From: an uncultured bacterium
GTDB lineage: Bacteria; Bacteroidota; Bacteroidia; Chitinophagales; Chitinophagaceae
Direction of reading: 5' to 3'
NCBI GenBank assembly: GCA_903834825.1
Contig: CAILKQ010000039.1
Coordinates: forward strand, 27,653 to 91,652
DNA: 64,000 nt
Shown here: positions 8,738 to 16,250 of the stretch, in pieces
Numbering within the stretch: position 1 is the first letter of the stretch
Layout: each line of letters opens with the position of its first letter
The notes under the pieces: model-generated
Databases searched by the model: none
What the model saw: the letters and a program-made list of their open reading frames with translations, nothing else
Told to the model about the DNA's origin: nothing
Program-made: the position numbers and the translations under genes

Positions 8738-9334
8738 TTATTGTTGATCGGGGGGAGGCAAAGGGTGTTTTCCTCCATCGGGTGGATGGCCTTCTCCGGG
8801 TGGTGGTGGACGGTGACCTTCCCCAGGTGGTGGTGGATGTCCTCCTCCTGGGGGTGGTGGACGATGACCATCAGCATTGGATGGAGTTGCCATCAAACCA
8901 GCCAATTGATCCAACAATCCATCAAATTTTATTTTTTGTTTGTCGTTGCACAACGCACGCAGTTGTTGAAAATGCTCCAGATTGAGCAGTTCCAGTGCCT
9001 GTATGTTTAGGGTGATGGCCTGTACTGCTTTCCTCTTCTCCGGCTCAGGAATGACGGGTTGCTTGAGGAGTTGGAAAAGATTTTCTTTGGCGGTCCTGAT
9101 TTCTTTTTTCAAGGGCCTTGCTGAAGCCTGATGTTTCTCAATCAAAGCCTGAAAAGCATCCATCTGACTCGAATCCAGTTCAAGCGCATCGACCAGAAAC
9201 TCCCTTGGAGATCCTTTTGTACCTTGCATCATCTCGGGCCTGTTGATCCAAAAGAAAAGAATGGTCACAGCGTTGGCCACCAGCAGTGTGGCTACCAACC
9301 AGGTGAGGAATTTATTTTTAATGGCATTGTTCAT
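8738..9334 (-). CDS. Membrane-anchored periplasmic Spy/CpxP-like (LTXXQ-type) protein with His/Pro-rich tail
   Basis: N-terminal TM segment FLTWLVATLLVANAVTILFFWI. Helical LTXXQ-like segments LELDSSQMDAFQALIEKH and LRALCNDKQKIKFDGL. C-terminal tail HRPPPPGGGHPPPPGEGHRPPPPGEGHPPDGGKHPLPPP. It sits directly downstream of a sigma/anti-sigma pair. Confidence 0.6.
   Translation of the reverse strand: MNNAIKNKFLTWLVATLLVANAVTILFFWINRPEMMQGTKGSPREFLVDALELDSSQMDAFQALIEKHQASARPLKKEIRTAKENLFQLLKQPVIPEPEKRKAVQAITLNIQALELLNLEHFQQLRALCNDKQKIKFDGLLDQLAGLMATPSNADGHRPPPPGGGHPPPPGEGHRPPPPGEGHPPDGGKHPLPPPDQQ
8790..8870. repeat. About 3 imperfect 27-bp repeats (core GGTGGTGGTGGAYG) encoding the HRPPPPGEG units
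   Basis: ccgggtggtggtggacg (8796-8812), ccaggtggtggtggatg (8823-8839) and tgggggtggtggacg (8849-8863). The period is 27 bp, equal to 9 codons. Confidence 0.7.
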
Positions 9335-9346
9335 GTTTCGAAAGGT

Positions 9347-9682
9347 TTAATAGATTGATTGGACGGATTGATTGTAATCGGCGGCGAAACGCTGGATAGA
9401 ATATGCACTGTCCTGTTTCTTATCATTCTTGGCATATTGAAAAAGGAGGAATCCGTTCAAAACCAACAAGAGAGACAGTGCAGCAATGGCCAATGAAGAC
9501 CTTAGCTTAAAACCCCATTCCTCACCTGCTTTTCGTGCCTCAAGCCTTGCCCTTAATCTGGTATAAAAAAACGCATCCGTTCCAACCGCTTGCATTTCAT
9601 CCAATACCTGAAGATGCTCTTCAAGCAAACTGTTTGAATTTTTATTCATTGCGATGGTTTTATTGGTTGTAGTATTTTTCAA
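9347..9682 (-). CDS. Small single-pass membrane protein, putative anti-sigma factor
   Basis: Its position immediately after the ECF sigma gene supports the call. One TM segment, LAIAALSLLLVLNGFLLF, follows a helical N-terminal region (FFYTRLRARLEARK). An alternative start at ATG 9649 would remove the 23-nt overlap with the sigma gene. No zinc-finger anti-sigma motif was seen. Confidence 0.5.
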   Translation of the reverse strand: MKNTTTNKTIAMNKNSNSLLEEHLQVLDEMQAVGTDAFFYTRLRARLEARKAGEEWGFKLRSSLAIAALSLLLVLNGFLLFQYAKNDKKQDSAYSIQRFAADYNQSVQSIY

Positions 9683-10223
9683 GATTTTTTTTGAGGTTCT
9701 CTTTCGCCCTGCTCAACAAGGATTCGATTGCCTTGACCCCCAGCCCCATGATTTCAGTCACTTCATCGTATTTCATTCCCTGCACCCTGATCAGCGTAAA
9801 AGCCAGCTTTTGGTTTTCCGGCAGTTGATCAATCGCCTTGAACAGGGCCGTCGCTTTCTCCTTGTTTTCTGCAGCAATGCCCGGATTCATTTCCACTACA
9901 TCTACACTTCTTTTCTCATCAGGCATCCACCAGGGAATGATGGACTGAATCCTTTGCCTCGTTTTCCTTTTCCGTAGTTTTTCCAGGGCCTTCCGGATGG
10001 CGATTTTATGCACCCAGGTGGAAAGTTTTGATTCTCCCTTGAACGACCCAATCGACCCATGTACCTGAATGAAAGTCTCCTGCAGCACATCTTCCGCATC
10101 ATCCCTGTCTTGCACAATGTTCAATACGGTATGATGCAATCGGTGGCTGAAATTGTCCACCAACCACCGAAAAGCAGGTTCATCCCCCTGCCTCAACCGC
10201 CCTATGAGCTCCTGTTCATTCAA
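9660..10223 (-). CDS. ECF-type RNA polymerase sigma-70 factor
   Basis: ELIGRLRQGDEPAFRWLVDNFSHRLHHTVLNIVQDRDDAEDVLQETFIQV matches region 2. QLPENQKLAFTLIRVQGMKYDEVTEIMGLGVKAIESLLSRAKENL matches the region 4 HTH. The apparent start is TTG, with no in-frame ATG nearby. Confidence 0.85.
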   Translation of the reverse strand: MNEQELIGRLRQGDEPAFRWLVDNFSHRLHHTVLNIVQDRDDAEDVLQETFIQVHGSIGSFKGESKLSTWVHKIAIRKALEKLRKRKTRQRIQSIIPWWMPDEKRSVDVVEMNPGIAAENKEKATALFKAIDQLPENQKLAFTLIRVQGMKYDEVTEIMGLGVKAIESLLSRAKENLKKNLEKYYNQ

Positions 10224-10271
10224 ATTGTACTTATTATAGATGCATGCAAGATCCTAATCCTTCGGGCTAAA

Positions 10272-10306
10272 ACAAAAAAAGGGACCATCAATTGATGGCC
10301 CCTTTC
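10272..10306 (-). terminator. Intrinsic terminator after the SprB-repeat gene, insulating the ECF operon
   Basis: The minus strand reads GAAAGGGGCCATCAATTGATGGTCCCTTTTTTTGTT. This is a 14-bp palindromic stem with one mismatch, followed by a 7-T run. Confidence 0.8.
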
Positions 10307-10326
10307 ATTTTTACAAAAGTTCTCAG

Positions 10327-12732
10327 TTATTTACCACTCACCAGTTTACCGGTGTTGGTGATATCATTCTGCCTGAACACATAAACCAGGTTTTTGCGTT
10401 GAGCGAATGGTACGTTATAACGGATTGTTTGTGTAGAATTTGCTTGCATGTTGCCTTCGAACAGGTTAGTCACTTTCTGACCAAGCATGTTGTAAATCAC
10501 CAGGCTTCCTTTACCAGCATTCTTCACAGTTACATTGAATGTAACCTGATCGATGTAAGGGTTAGGGAAGGCCTTGACGACTACTACTGCGTTTGAATTT
10601 TCAACCTTTACCGCAGTTGCGTCTTCAACTGGAGAAGCAACGTTGAGTTTGGAATTTAGCAAAGTACAAGTACCAATGCTTCCATCAAACCTTGCAAAGT
10701 ATTTACCTCCGTGGAAGGCATTTACAATGGCGTCAAGAGCACTGTTCATATCTGAAAGACTTACACTTACAACATCAGATCCACTTCCGATTGTATAAAC
10801 TTTACCACTGGCTCCAAGCATCTCGCTTGCAAAGTCAACCAAATCTTTCACAGTTGTCTTTCCTCTTTTTATCATCGCATTCACTACTGATTGCGGGAAC
10901 GTAGTAGATACTTCTGTTGTACCTGCATATGGAGTTTTGCAAGATGATGCTGAAGATGCTTCTTTGGTTACAATGGTAGTTTTACACTTCAATCCAATCA
11001 GGTCAAGAGAACCAAGTTCATTGCCTGGTATATTCACGTTCAACCACATTGCAACTGTTTGTCCTAGTAATACATTATTGAACTTACCATTTTTAAGCAA
11101 AGGACTACTTGAAGGAACAGTGGTAGTGATATCGAGAGATCCTGTAAGGAAATTGGGTGAACCTCCACCTGGCATTACTTTAAGGATATTATTCAGAACT
11201 GCATCTAATGCAACACCATTTGTCAACAAAGCCTTTAGAGTACGTCCAGTATTTGGCGAAGTATTATTTGTACTTCCAAGTATCATGCCACCACCATTCT
11301 TAAGACTCTTCTTTATGAAATCTCTTGTCCTCCATGTATCTTCTCCTCTGATACATGCAACACCCATTCCATTGGTGTTACCATAGTATCCCTGGCTATA
11401 CGTGTAGTAAGGATAACATACCGGACCCTCAGCAACTGTTACGTTACCTTGAATAGTAACATTACATCCGTTAGCATCCTGAACGTAAACTGTATAGTTT
11501 CCTGCCTGCAATGAAGCAATGATACCATCTCCAGGAAGATCTGTAGGATTTCCTCCATTCAACGTATACTTATAAGGAGCAGTTCCACCACTAACACTAA
11601 GTGTTATAGAACCAGTCTTTGTACCTGCGCACTCAGTACCCTTAGTTTCTATTACAGAAGCAGCAAGTACCGTATTAGGCTGACCGATAACCGCAACAGT
11701 TGTAGTTGTACAATTATTTGCATCAGTAACAGTCAATGTATAAGTACCAGCAGCTACATTACTCAAATCCTGTGAAGTAGATACTACGCTTGAGCCATTT
11801 GACCAAGAATAAGTATATGAACCAGTACCACCAGTAACAGAAGCATCAACAGAGCCTGTACTCTCGCCATAACACTTCACATCAACCTTCTCATTGCTCG
11901 CAACCAAAGCAGTTGGCTGTATCAAAACAACTTGTTGCTCAGTAGTACATCCACCTTCACTTTCCTTCACTCTCACAGTATATGTTCCAGCAGACAACCC
12001 GCTAAAGGATGTGTTTCCTGTGTATGCACTGCCGTTAAGGCTATATGTATACGGAGAAAGACCGCCAGTAACGCCGGTGACAGAAATACTTCCATTTGCA
12101 CTTCCAAAACAGGTTAGATCTGTTTTGCTGACCGTAAATACAGGATCAATACAAACTGGTGAAGGGTCACAGAAATTTGGGAACTGAATGGGAGTTGAAC
12201 AACAATTCCTTCCATATTTAGGAACTGCAACACCTGTGGAAACTGGGTACTTTGATTTGAACTCAAGTGCATAATGTATAAATGGTGCTGTAACGCTGAA
12301 TTTAATAACATAAGGCCTGTCAGCAGTACCATTAGGAAGGCAATTGTCTGTTGATCCATCGCCAATTACAACTGAGGTTGTAGACCATTTTGGGCCTCCA
12401 ACAGGACCTGGATTAGCGTCAGTACTGTACCATGCTTGTTTTATCAAGGACGCTACATCAGACGCACAAGTCTTGCTTTGATTTGTATTAACCAAATTGA
12501 AGTGACTCAATCCATTTCCTGAAGGATCTCCCTCAAGTTTTACTGTCCATGCAAAAACGTTTGTCTTTGCCTGCGTATTGGATGGAAAAAGATTATTGAC
12601 GGAGTAGATCGAGCAATTGCCTGCATTTGAGGATGATTCTTGCGCGAAAACTCCAGCATACCCCGTAAGGATAAGCATGAACGCCAACAAGATCCTTGTC
12701 ATTGTTCGTTTTGGTTGAAATGTTTGATTCAT
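10327..12732 (-). CDS. Secreted SprB-repeat protein with T9SS C-terminal sorting domain
   Basis: Signal peptide MTRILLAFMLILTGYAGVFAQ. Repeated about 80-aa SprB-type units: CFGSANGSISVTGVTGGLSPYTYSL..., CYGESTGSVDASVTGGTGSYTYSW..., CAGTKTGSITLSVSGGTAPYKYTL.... The C-terminal VKAFPNPYIDQVTFNV...LVIYNMLGQKV...VYVFRQ resembles a Por/T9SS type A CTD. Confidence 0.8.
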   Translation of the reverse strand: MNQTFQPKRTMTRILLAFMLILTGYAGVFAQESSSNAGNCSIYSVNNLFPSNTQAKTNVFAWTVKLEGDPSGNGLSHFNLVNTNQSKTCASDVASLIKQAWYSTDANPGPVGGPKWSTTSVVIGDGSTDNCLPNGTADRPYVIKFSVTAPFIHYALEFKSKYPVSTGVAVPKYGRNCCSTPIQFPNFCDPSPVCIDPVFTVSKTDLTCFGSANGSISVTGVTGGLSPYTYSLNGSAYTGNTSFSGLSAGTYTVRVKESEGGCTTEQQVVLIQPTALVASNEKVDVKCYGESTGSVDASVTGGTGSYTYSWSNGSSVVSTSQDLSNVAAGTYTLTVTDANNCTTTTVAVIGQPNTVLAASVIETKGTECAGTKTGSITLSVSGGTAPYKYTLNGGNPTDLPGDGIIASLQAGNYTVYVQDANGCNVTIQGNVTVAEGPVCYPYYTYSQGYYGNTNGMGVACIRGEDTWRTRDFIKKSLKNGGGMILGSTNNTSPNTGRTLKALLTNGVALDAVLNNILKVMPGGGSPNFLTGSLDITTTVPSSSPLLKNGKFNNVLLGQTVAMWLNVNIPGNELGSLDLIGLKCKTTIVTKEASSASSCKTPYAGTTEVSTTFPQSVVNAMIKRGKTTVKDLVDFASEMLGASGKVYTIGSGSDVVSVSLSDMNSALDAIVNAFHGGKYFARFDGSIGTCTLLNSKLNVASPVEDATAVKVENSNAVVVVKAFPNPYIDQVTFNVTVKNAGKGSLVIYNMLGQKVTNLFEGNMQANSTQTIRYNVPFAQRKNLVYVFRQNDITNTGKLVSGK

Positions 12733-13106
12733 AATTGTACTTTATTGATTAAAAAACGTTTTGACTTTTTGAAAAGGCATGGATTTTGGACATAACAATG
12801 AACCAGCTCTTTACAGAACTGCACCAGTCAAATTCGTTGTGGGAAATGACCTCAATCCGAGTTAATCTGAAGGATTAGATTTTGGAGTGGAAATTCGGAG
12901 AGGATAGAGGGTACTTGGATGGATTATAATATACTTTTACGTATATAGATTCAGTAAAACTACTTACTGAACACTGTAGAACAAAAAATTTTCGCAATAT
13001 TTTTACATTTATTTCGTTCGCATAGACAAACGTATGAACTTCAACCATTTATGAATTAATAGGCTTAATGCAGGGAGTTACACTCCTTTGATTATCTTTG
13101 CCCCCT

Positions 13107-13757
13107 ATGAAATTTTACAATATTTTCATCAAATACCGCCTGCCTCTGGGTATTCTATCCTTAGCATTGGCCATTTTTGTCAATTACAGCTCCGGGTTTT
13201 GGCCTTCTTTGGCCTTGTACATCATCGCTGTTCTTTGCATTTTCACCCATTTCTTTATCGGCCCATTGAGGCTGATACAGGAATACCTGGAAGGGGGTGA
13301 TTTTGAAGGAGCTGAAAAGATTCTCAATGGAATCAAATATCCAGGACTGCTTTACAAGCCCATCCGTGCTGTATATTTTACCCTGAAAGGGAATATTGCG
13401 ATGTCCAAGCAAGACTTTGACTCGGCTGAAAAGCACATGAAAAAAAGCCTTGAACTGGGTCTTCCCATGAAAGAAGCTGAAGGAGCCAATAAATTGCAAC
13501 TGGGCATGATGGCCATGCAAAAGGGTAACATGAAAGAAGGTGAAAGCCTTATTCGCTCTGCCATTCGGTTGGGCATTCCGGATAAGGAAAGCTACGCGCT
13601 GGCCTACCTGCAAATGTGCCAGATCATGATGCAAAAGCGTGAATTCCGCGCTGCCAAAGATTTCTTCAAAAAAGCAAAAGCACAGAAACCTACTACAGAT
13701 CAGGTTGTTGACCAGATCAAGCAGATTGAGAAGTATATTTCGAGGATGCCGGGGTAG
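13107..13757 (+). CDS. Membrane-anchored TPR-like repeat protein (function unknown)
   Basis: ORF 13098..13757; ATG 13107 is chosen as start. Two N-terminal hydrophobic helices (LGILSLALAIFVNY, PSLALYIIAVLCIFTHFFIGPL) precede helical repeats rich in A/L/K (FDSAEKHMKKSLELG, GESLIRSAIRLG, FRAAKDFFKKAKAQ). A TATCTTTG box lies at 13093-13100. Confidence 0.5.
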   Translation: MKFYNIFIKYRLPLGILSLALAIFVNYSSGFWPSLALYIIAVLCIFTHFFIGPLRLIQEYLEGGDFEGAEKILNGIKYPGLLYKPIRAVYFTLKGNIAMSKQDFDSAEKHMKKSLELGLPMKEAEGANKLQLGMMAMQKGNMKEGESLIRSAIRLGIPDKESYALAYLQMCQIMMQKREFRAAKDFFKKAKAQKPTTDQVVDQIKQIEKYISRMPG

Positions 13758-14220
13758 AAGTTGAAGGAAACAACTCCTCCACTTTCTTCTTCCTGAAAAC
13801 AAAAATCCCTTCGAGTTGGTTTTTGATGAACAAGGATACAGCGATGTCGCCTAAAAATCCGAGGGGTGCCTTGTAATGGATCAGGTCAGTCATCAAAACT
13901 CCCCCTTCTACTTCTTCAAAATGGTGTTGGTGGTGCCACATGGCATAAGGACCAAAGCGTTGCTCGTCTACAAAAAACTTTTTCGGAACAACATGGGTGA
14001 TCTCGGTCATCCAAAACATCGGGATGCCCAATACAGGCCTGACATTATAAGTCATCACCTGCCCAGGATACATTTCTTCGCCATAAAGTTCATTGGTGAA
14101 CTTCAGGTTCAAATATTCGGGTGTCATCACCGCTAAATTCTTGGGATGGGAAAAAAAATCCCATGCAGCGTCAAGAGAAATGGGGATGAACTGTGTTTTT
14201 TTGAGACAATAGACTGACAT
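13717..14220 (-). CDS. SRPBCC (START/polyketide-cyclase-like) family protein
   Basis: ORF 13717..14325. The internal ATG at 14220 gives MSVYCLKKTQFIPISLDAAWDFFSHPKNLAVMTP, the usual opening of this family. The protein is about 167 aa and has WHHQHHFE. Confidence 0.55.
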   Translation of the reverse strand: MSVYCLKKTQFIPISLDAAWDFFSHPKNLAVMTPEYLNLKFTNELYGEEMYPGQVMTYNVRPVLGIPMFWMTEITHVVPKKFFVDEQRFGPYAMWHHQHHFEEVEGGVLMTDLIHYKAPLGFLGDIAVSLFIKNQLEGIFVFRKKKVEELFPSTSTPASSKYTSQSA

Positions 14221-14441
14221 TATGAAGGGGTTGAAGTGGTTGAACTTGCCAACCATAGGTTGGTAAACCAGCCAAAGGCTGGGGGGTTGAAGAAAGTTTG
14301 ATATTGAATCCAATTGGAATAACAAACAGATTGCACTTGTTGTTGAAACTTGGCGAATTAAAATTCAACTTCACCCCGACTTGTCTTAGCATAGGTTCAC
14401 CCACCTTTGATTGAAGGGATAGTATAGAAACTTGTTGTGCC

Positions 14442-15017
14442 CTACCTCAGTAAGCCAACAACCCAATCAATGGCGGATTGCTCTCTGGCAGGATTCTGGC
14501 CTGCAACTTCATGCCAGGGAAGGGATTGATTGATCAGGGTGTCCTTGTAATGATGGTAAAGCTTGTCGCGGGTTTCCAAATCAGGATATTCCCTCAACTC
14601 ATCCTTGACCCACGGCAGGTCGGGCTTGCAGAGCAGGTATCCGTCATATTTTCTTTGCACAATTTTGTTGAGGATGAAGGGATGACAATTGCCAAAAACA
14701 AATTCGCACCATATTTTCATCACTTGCATGTCTGTGTCGATGAACAGTATTGGCAGGCCTTGGGCTCCGGATTCATTGTGCAATGCAATGGCTTCTTCCG
14801 TGGCATGATCTTCCAAAATCAACTGACTTTCTGCAATCTTTAGCAGGTCATCATACGTGTAATCAGTGCCATGCTCCAGCAAGTATTCTCTGGCATATTC
14901 TTTGCACCAAATGGTTGAAAAATGTTTTGCCAATGCTGCACACAATGTACTCTTCCCTGTTGATTCAGGGCCGATGGCTACAATTTTGATTATCCGCTTA
15001 GGCTCTTGGCTGTTCAT
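14442..15017 (-). CDS. P-loop ATPase, NadR-type nicotinamide riboside kinase-like (stand-alone)
   Basis: Walker A in IVAIGPESTGKSTL. The size (191 aa) and the 20-nt overlap with the preceding pnuC gene match the kinase module of NadR. No HTH or adenylyltransferase region is present. Confidence 0.6.
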   Translation of the reverse strand: MNSQEPKRIIKIVAIGPESTGKSTLCAALAKHFSTIWCKEYAREYLLEHGTDYTYDDLLKIAESQLILEDHATEEAIALHNESGAQGLPILFIDTDMQVMKIWCEFVFGNCHPFILNKIVQRKYDGYLLCKPDLPWVKDELREYPDLETRDKLYHHYKDTLINQSLPWHEVAGQNPAREQSAIDWVVGLLR

Positions 15018-15582
15018 TTGCTTTTTTTCTCCATTCCTGCAATCCCATGATGGCTAGCACCAGCAGGATCGCATAATAAACGGCCGTGAAGGTATAGCCT
15101 TTTGAATAATACAAGGGGATGGAACAGATATTGGTGATGATCCACCAAATCCAGCTTTCCACTTTTTTCTTGGTCATCAGCCACATGCCAGTGAAAGCAG
15201 ATGCGGATGCCAGCGCATCAGCCCAAGGAATGGCACCGGGTGCAAATGCTGTTTGAATGTATGAAAGGGAGAAGAAGATGGCCAGATAAATGGTAACAAA
15301 AAAAGCCAAATGCTGCGCCCACTCTTTTCGTGTGGAGAATTGAATCTGTACAACAAGCAGCTGCTCATCATTGCGCCTCATCCAATTGTACCATCCATAA
15401 ACACTCATGATGGTATAATAAAGGTTGACAGCAGCTTCACCAAACAGATCACCTTTGAAACTGAGGTAAACATAAAGGATGGTGCCAATCAACCCTGTTG
15501 GGTAAACCCAGATGCTTTCTTTTCTTGAAAACCAAACTGAAATGATGCCTGAGAGGATGGCGGTTAGTTCAAGGAAATCCAT
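14998..15582 (-). CDS. pnuC: Nicotinamide riboside transporter PnuC
   Basis: 194-aa polytopic membrane protein. Motifs: SGIISVWFSRKESIWVYPTGLIGTILYVY, NLYYTIMSVYGWYNW and a W-rich C-terminal half, characteristic of PnuC. Confidence 0.75.
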   Translation of the reverse strand: MDFLELTAILSGIISVWFSRKESIWVYPTGLIGTILYVYLSFKGDLFGEAAVNLYYTIMSVYGWYNWMRRNDEQLLVVQIQFSTRKEWAQHLAFFVTIYLAIFFSLSYIQTAFAPGAIPWADALASASAFTGMWLMTKKKVESWIWWIITNICSIPLYYSKGYTFTAVYYAILLVLAIMGLQEWRKKANEQPRA

Positions 15583-15586
15583 GAAT

Positions 15587-16183
15587 TTATTCTGCTTCCG
15601 CCACCACTTCCACTACTTCCGGAATCATGCGTTTCATCATTCCTTCGATACCCGATTTGAGGGTGATCATGGATGATGGGCATCCACTGCAGGAGCCTTG
15701 GAGCATAAGGGTTACAATGCCATCTTCAAACTTCTTGAACTGGATGGCGCCGCCGTCCATTTCCACCGCGGGCTTTACATAGTTTTCAAGCAATTCCTTG
15801 ATGCGTTTTACAACATCGCCATCTTCTAAAAGGATAATATTTCCATCGGTTGACTGTGTTGCAGGCAGTTCATCTTCATTGACAATCGCTTTACCGTCTT
15901 CAAGATAATCCTTGAGGAATTGACGGATGGATGGTTTTACATCGTCCCAATCTGTTTCAGCCGTTTTTGTCAGGGTAACAAAATTACTGGCAATAAAGAC
16001 ACCTTTTACAAAGGGAAAACTGAAGAGTTCCAGTGCCAGAGGTGAAGGTTTTGCCTTTTCAATGTCTTGAAAATCAACACTTTTACCAGGATACAAGAGT
16101 TTGTTGGCCACAAACTTCATGGTCTCTGGATTGGGGGTCATCTCTGTATAAATGCTTACGGTGATATTTCCTGTTTTGATCAT
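15587..16183 (-). CDS. NifU/Nfu-type iron-sulfur cluster scaffold/carrier protein
   Basis: Nfu_N-like N-terminal domain (TPNPETMKFVAN). C-terminal NifU domain with VEMDGGAIQF...LQGSCSGCPSSMITLK (CxxC). Confidence 0.8.
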   Translation of the reverse strand: MIKTGNITVSIYTEMTPNPETMKFVANKLLYPGKSVDFQDIEKAKPSPLALELFSFPFVKGVFIASNFVTLTKTAETDWDDVKPSIRQFLKDYLEDGKAIVNEDELPATQSTDGNIILLEDGDVVKRIKELLENYVKPAVEMDGGAIQFKKFEDGIVTLMLQGSCSGCPSSMITLKSGIEGMMKRMIPEVVEVVAEAE

Positions 16184-16200
16184 AATCTTTGATTATCAAG

Positions 16201-16208
16201 CAAATTTA
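16201..16208 (-). promoter_or_regulatory. Candidate -7 box TAAATTTG upstream of the nfu-pnuC operon
   Basis: Plus strand caaattta equals minus strand TAAATTTG, an exact TAnnTTTG match 17 nt upstream of ATG 16183. Only a weak TTTCG lies at the -33 position. Confidence 0.3.
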
Positions 16209-16250
16209 CGAGAAGTTGTGGTTTAATGTGGCGAAATCCGGAAAATCAAA

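Noticed and set aside
13161-13802. 213-aa minus-strand ORF overlapping the TPR gene
   Set aside because: It lies entirely antisense to an ORF with a coherent TM+TPR architecture. Its translation is low-complexity (F/L/H-rich) with no motifs, and it would also overlap the SRPBCC gene.
14171-14404. 77-aa minus-strand ORF in the 221-bp gap between the SRPBCC gene and the kinase gene; also the CCAGCC-AAA-GGCTGG hairpin at 14268-14282
   Set aside because: The ORF has no motifs and overlaps the SRPBCC N-terminal region. The hairpin is short with a weak T tract (TTTACC), so I did not list it as a terminator.
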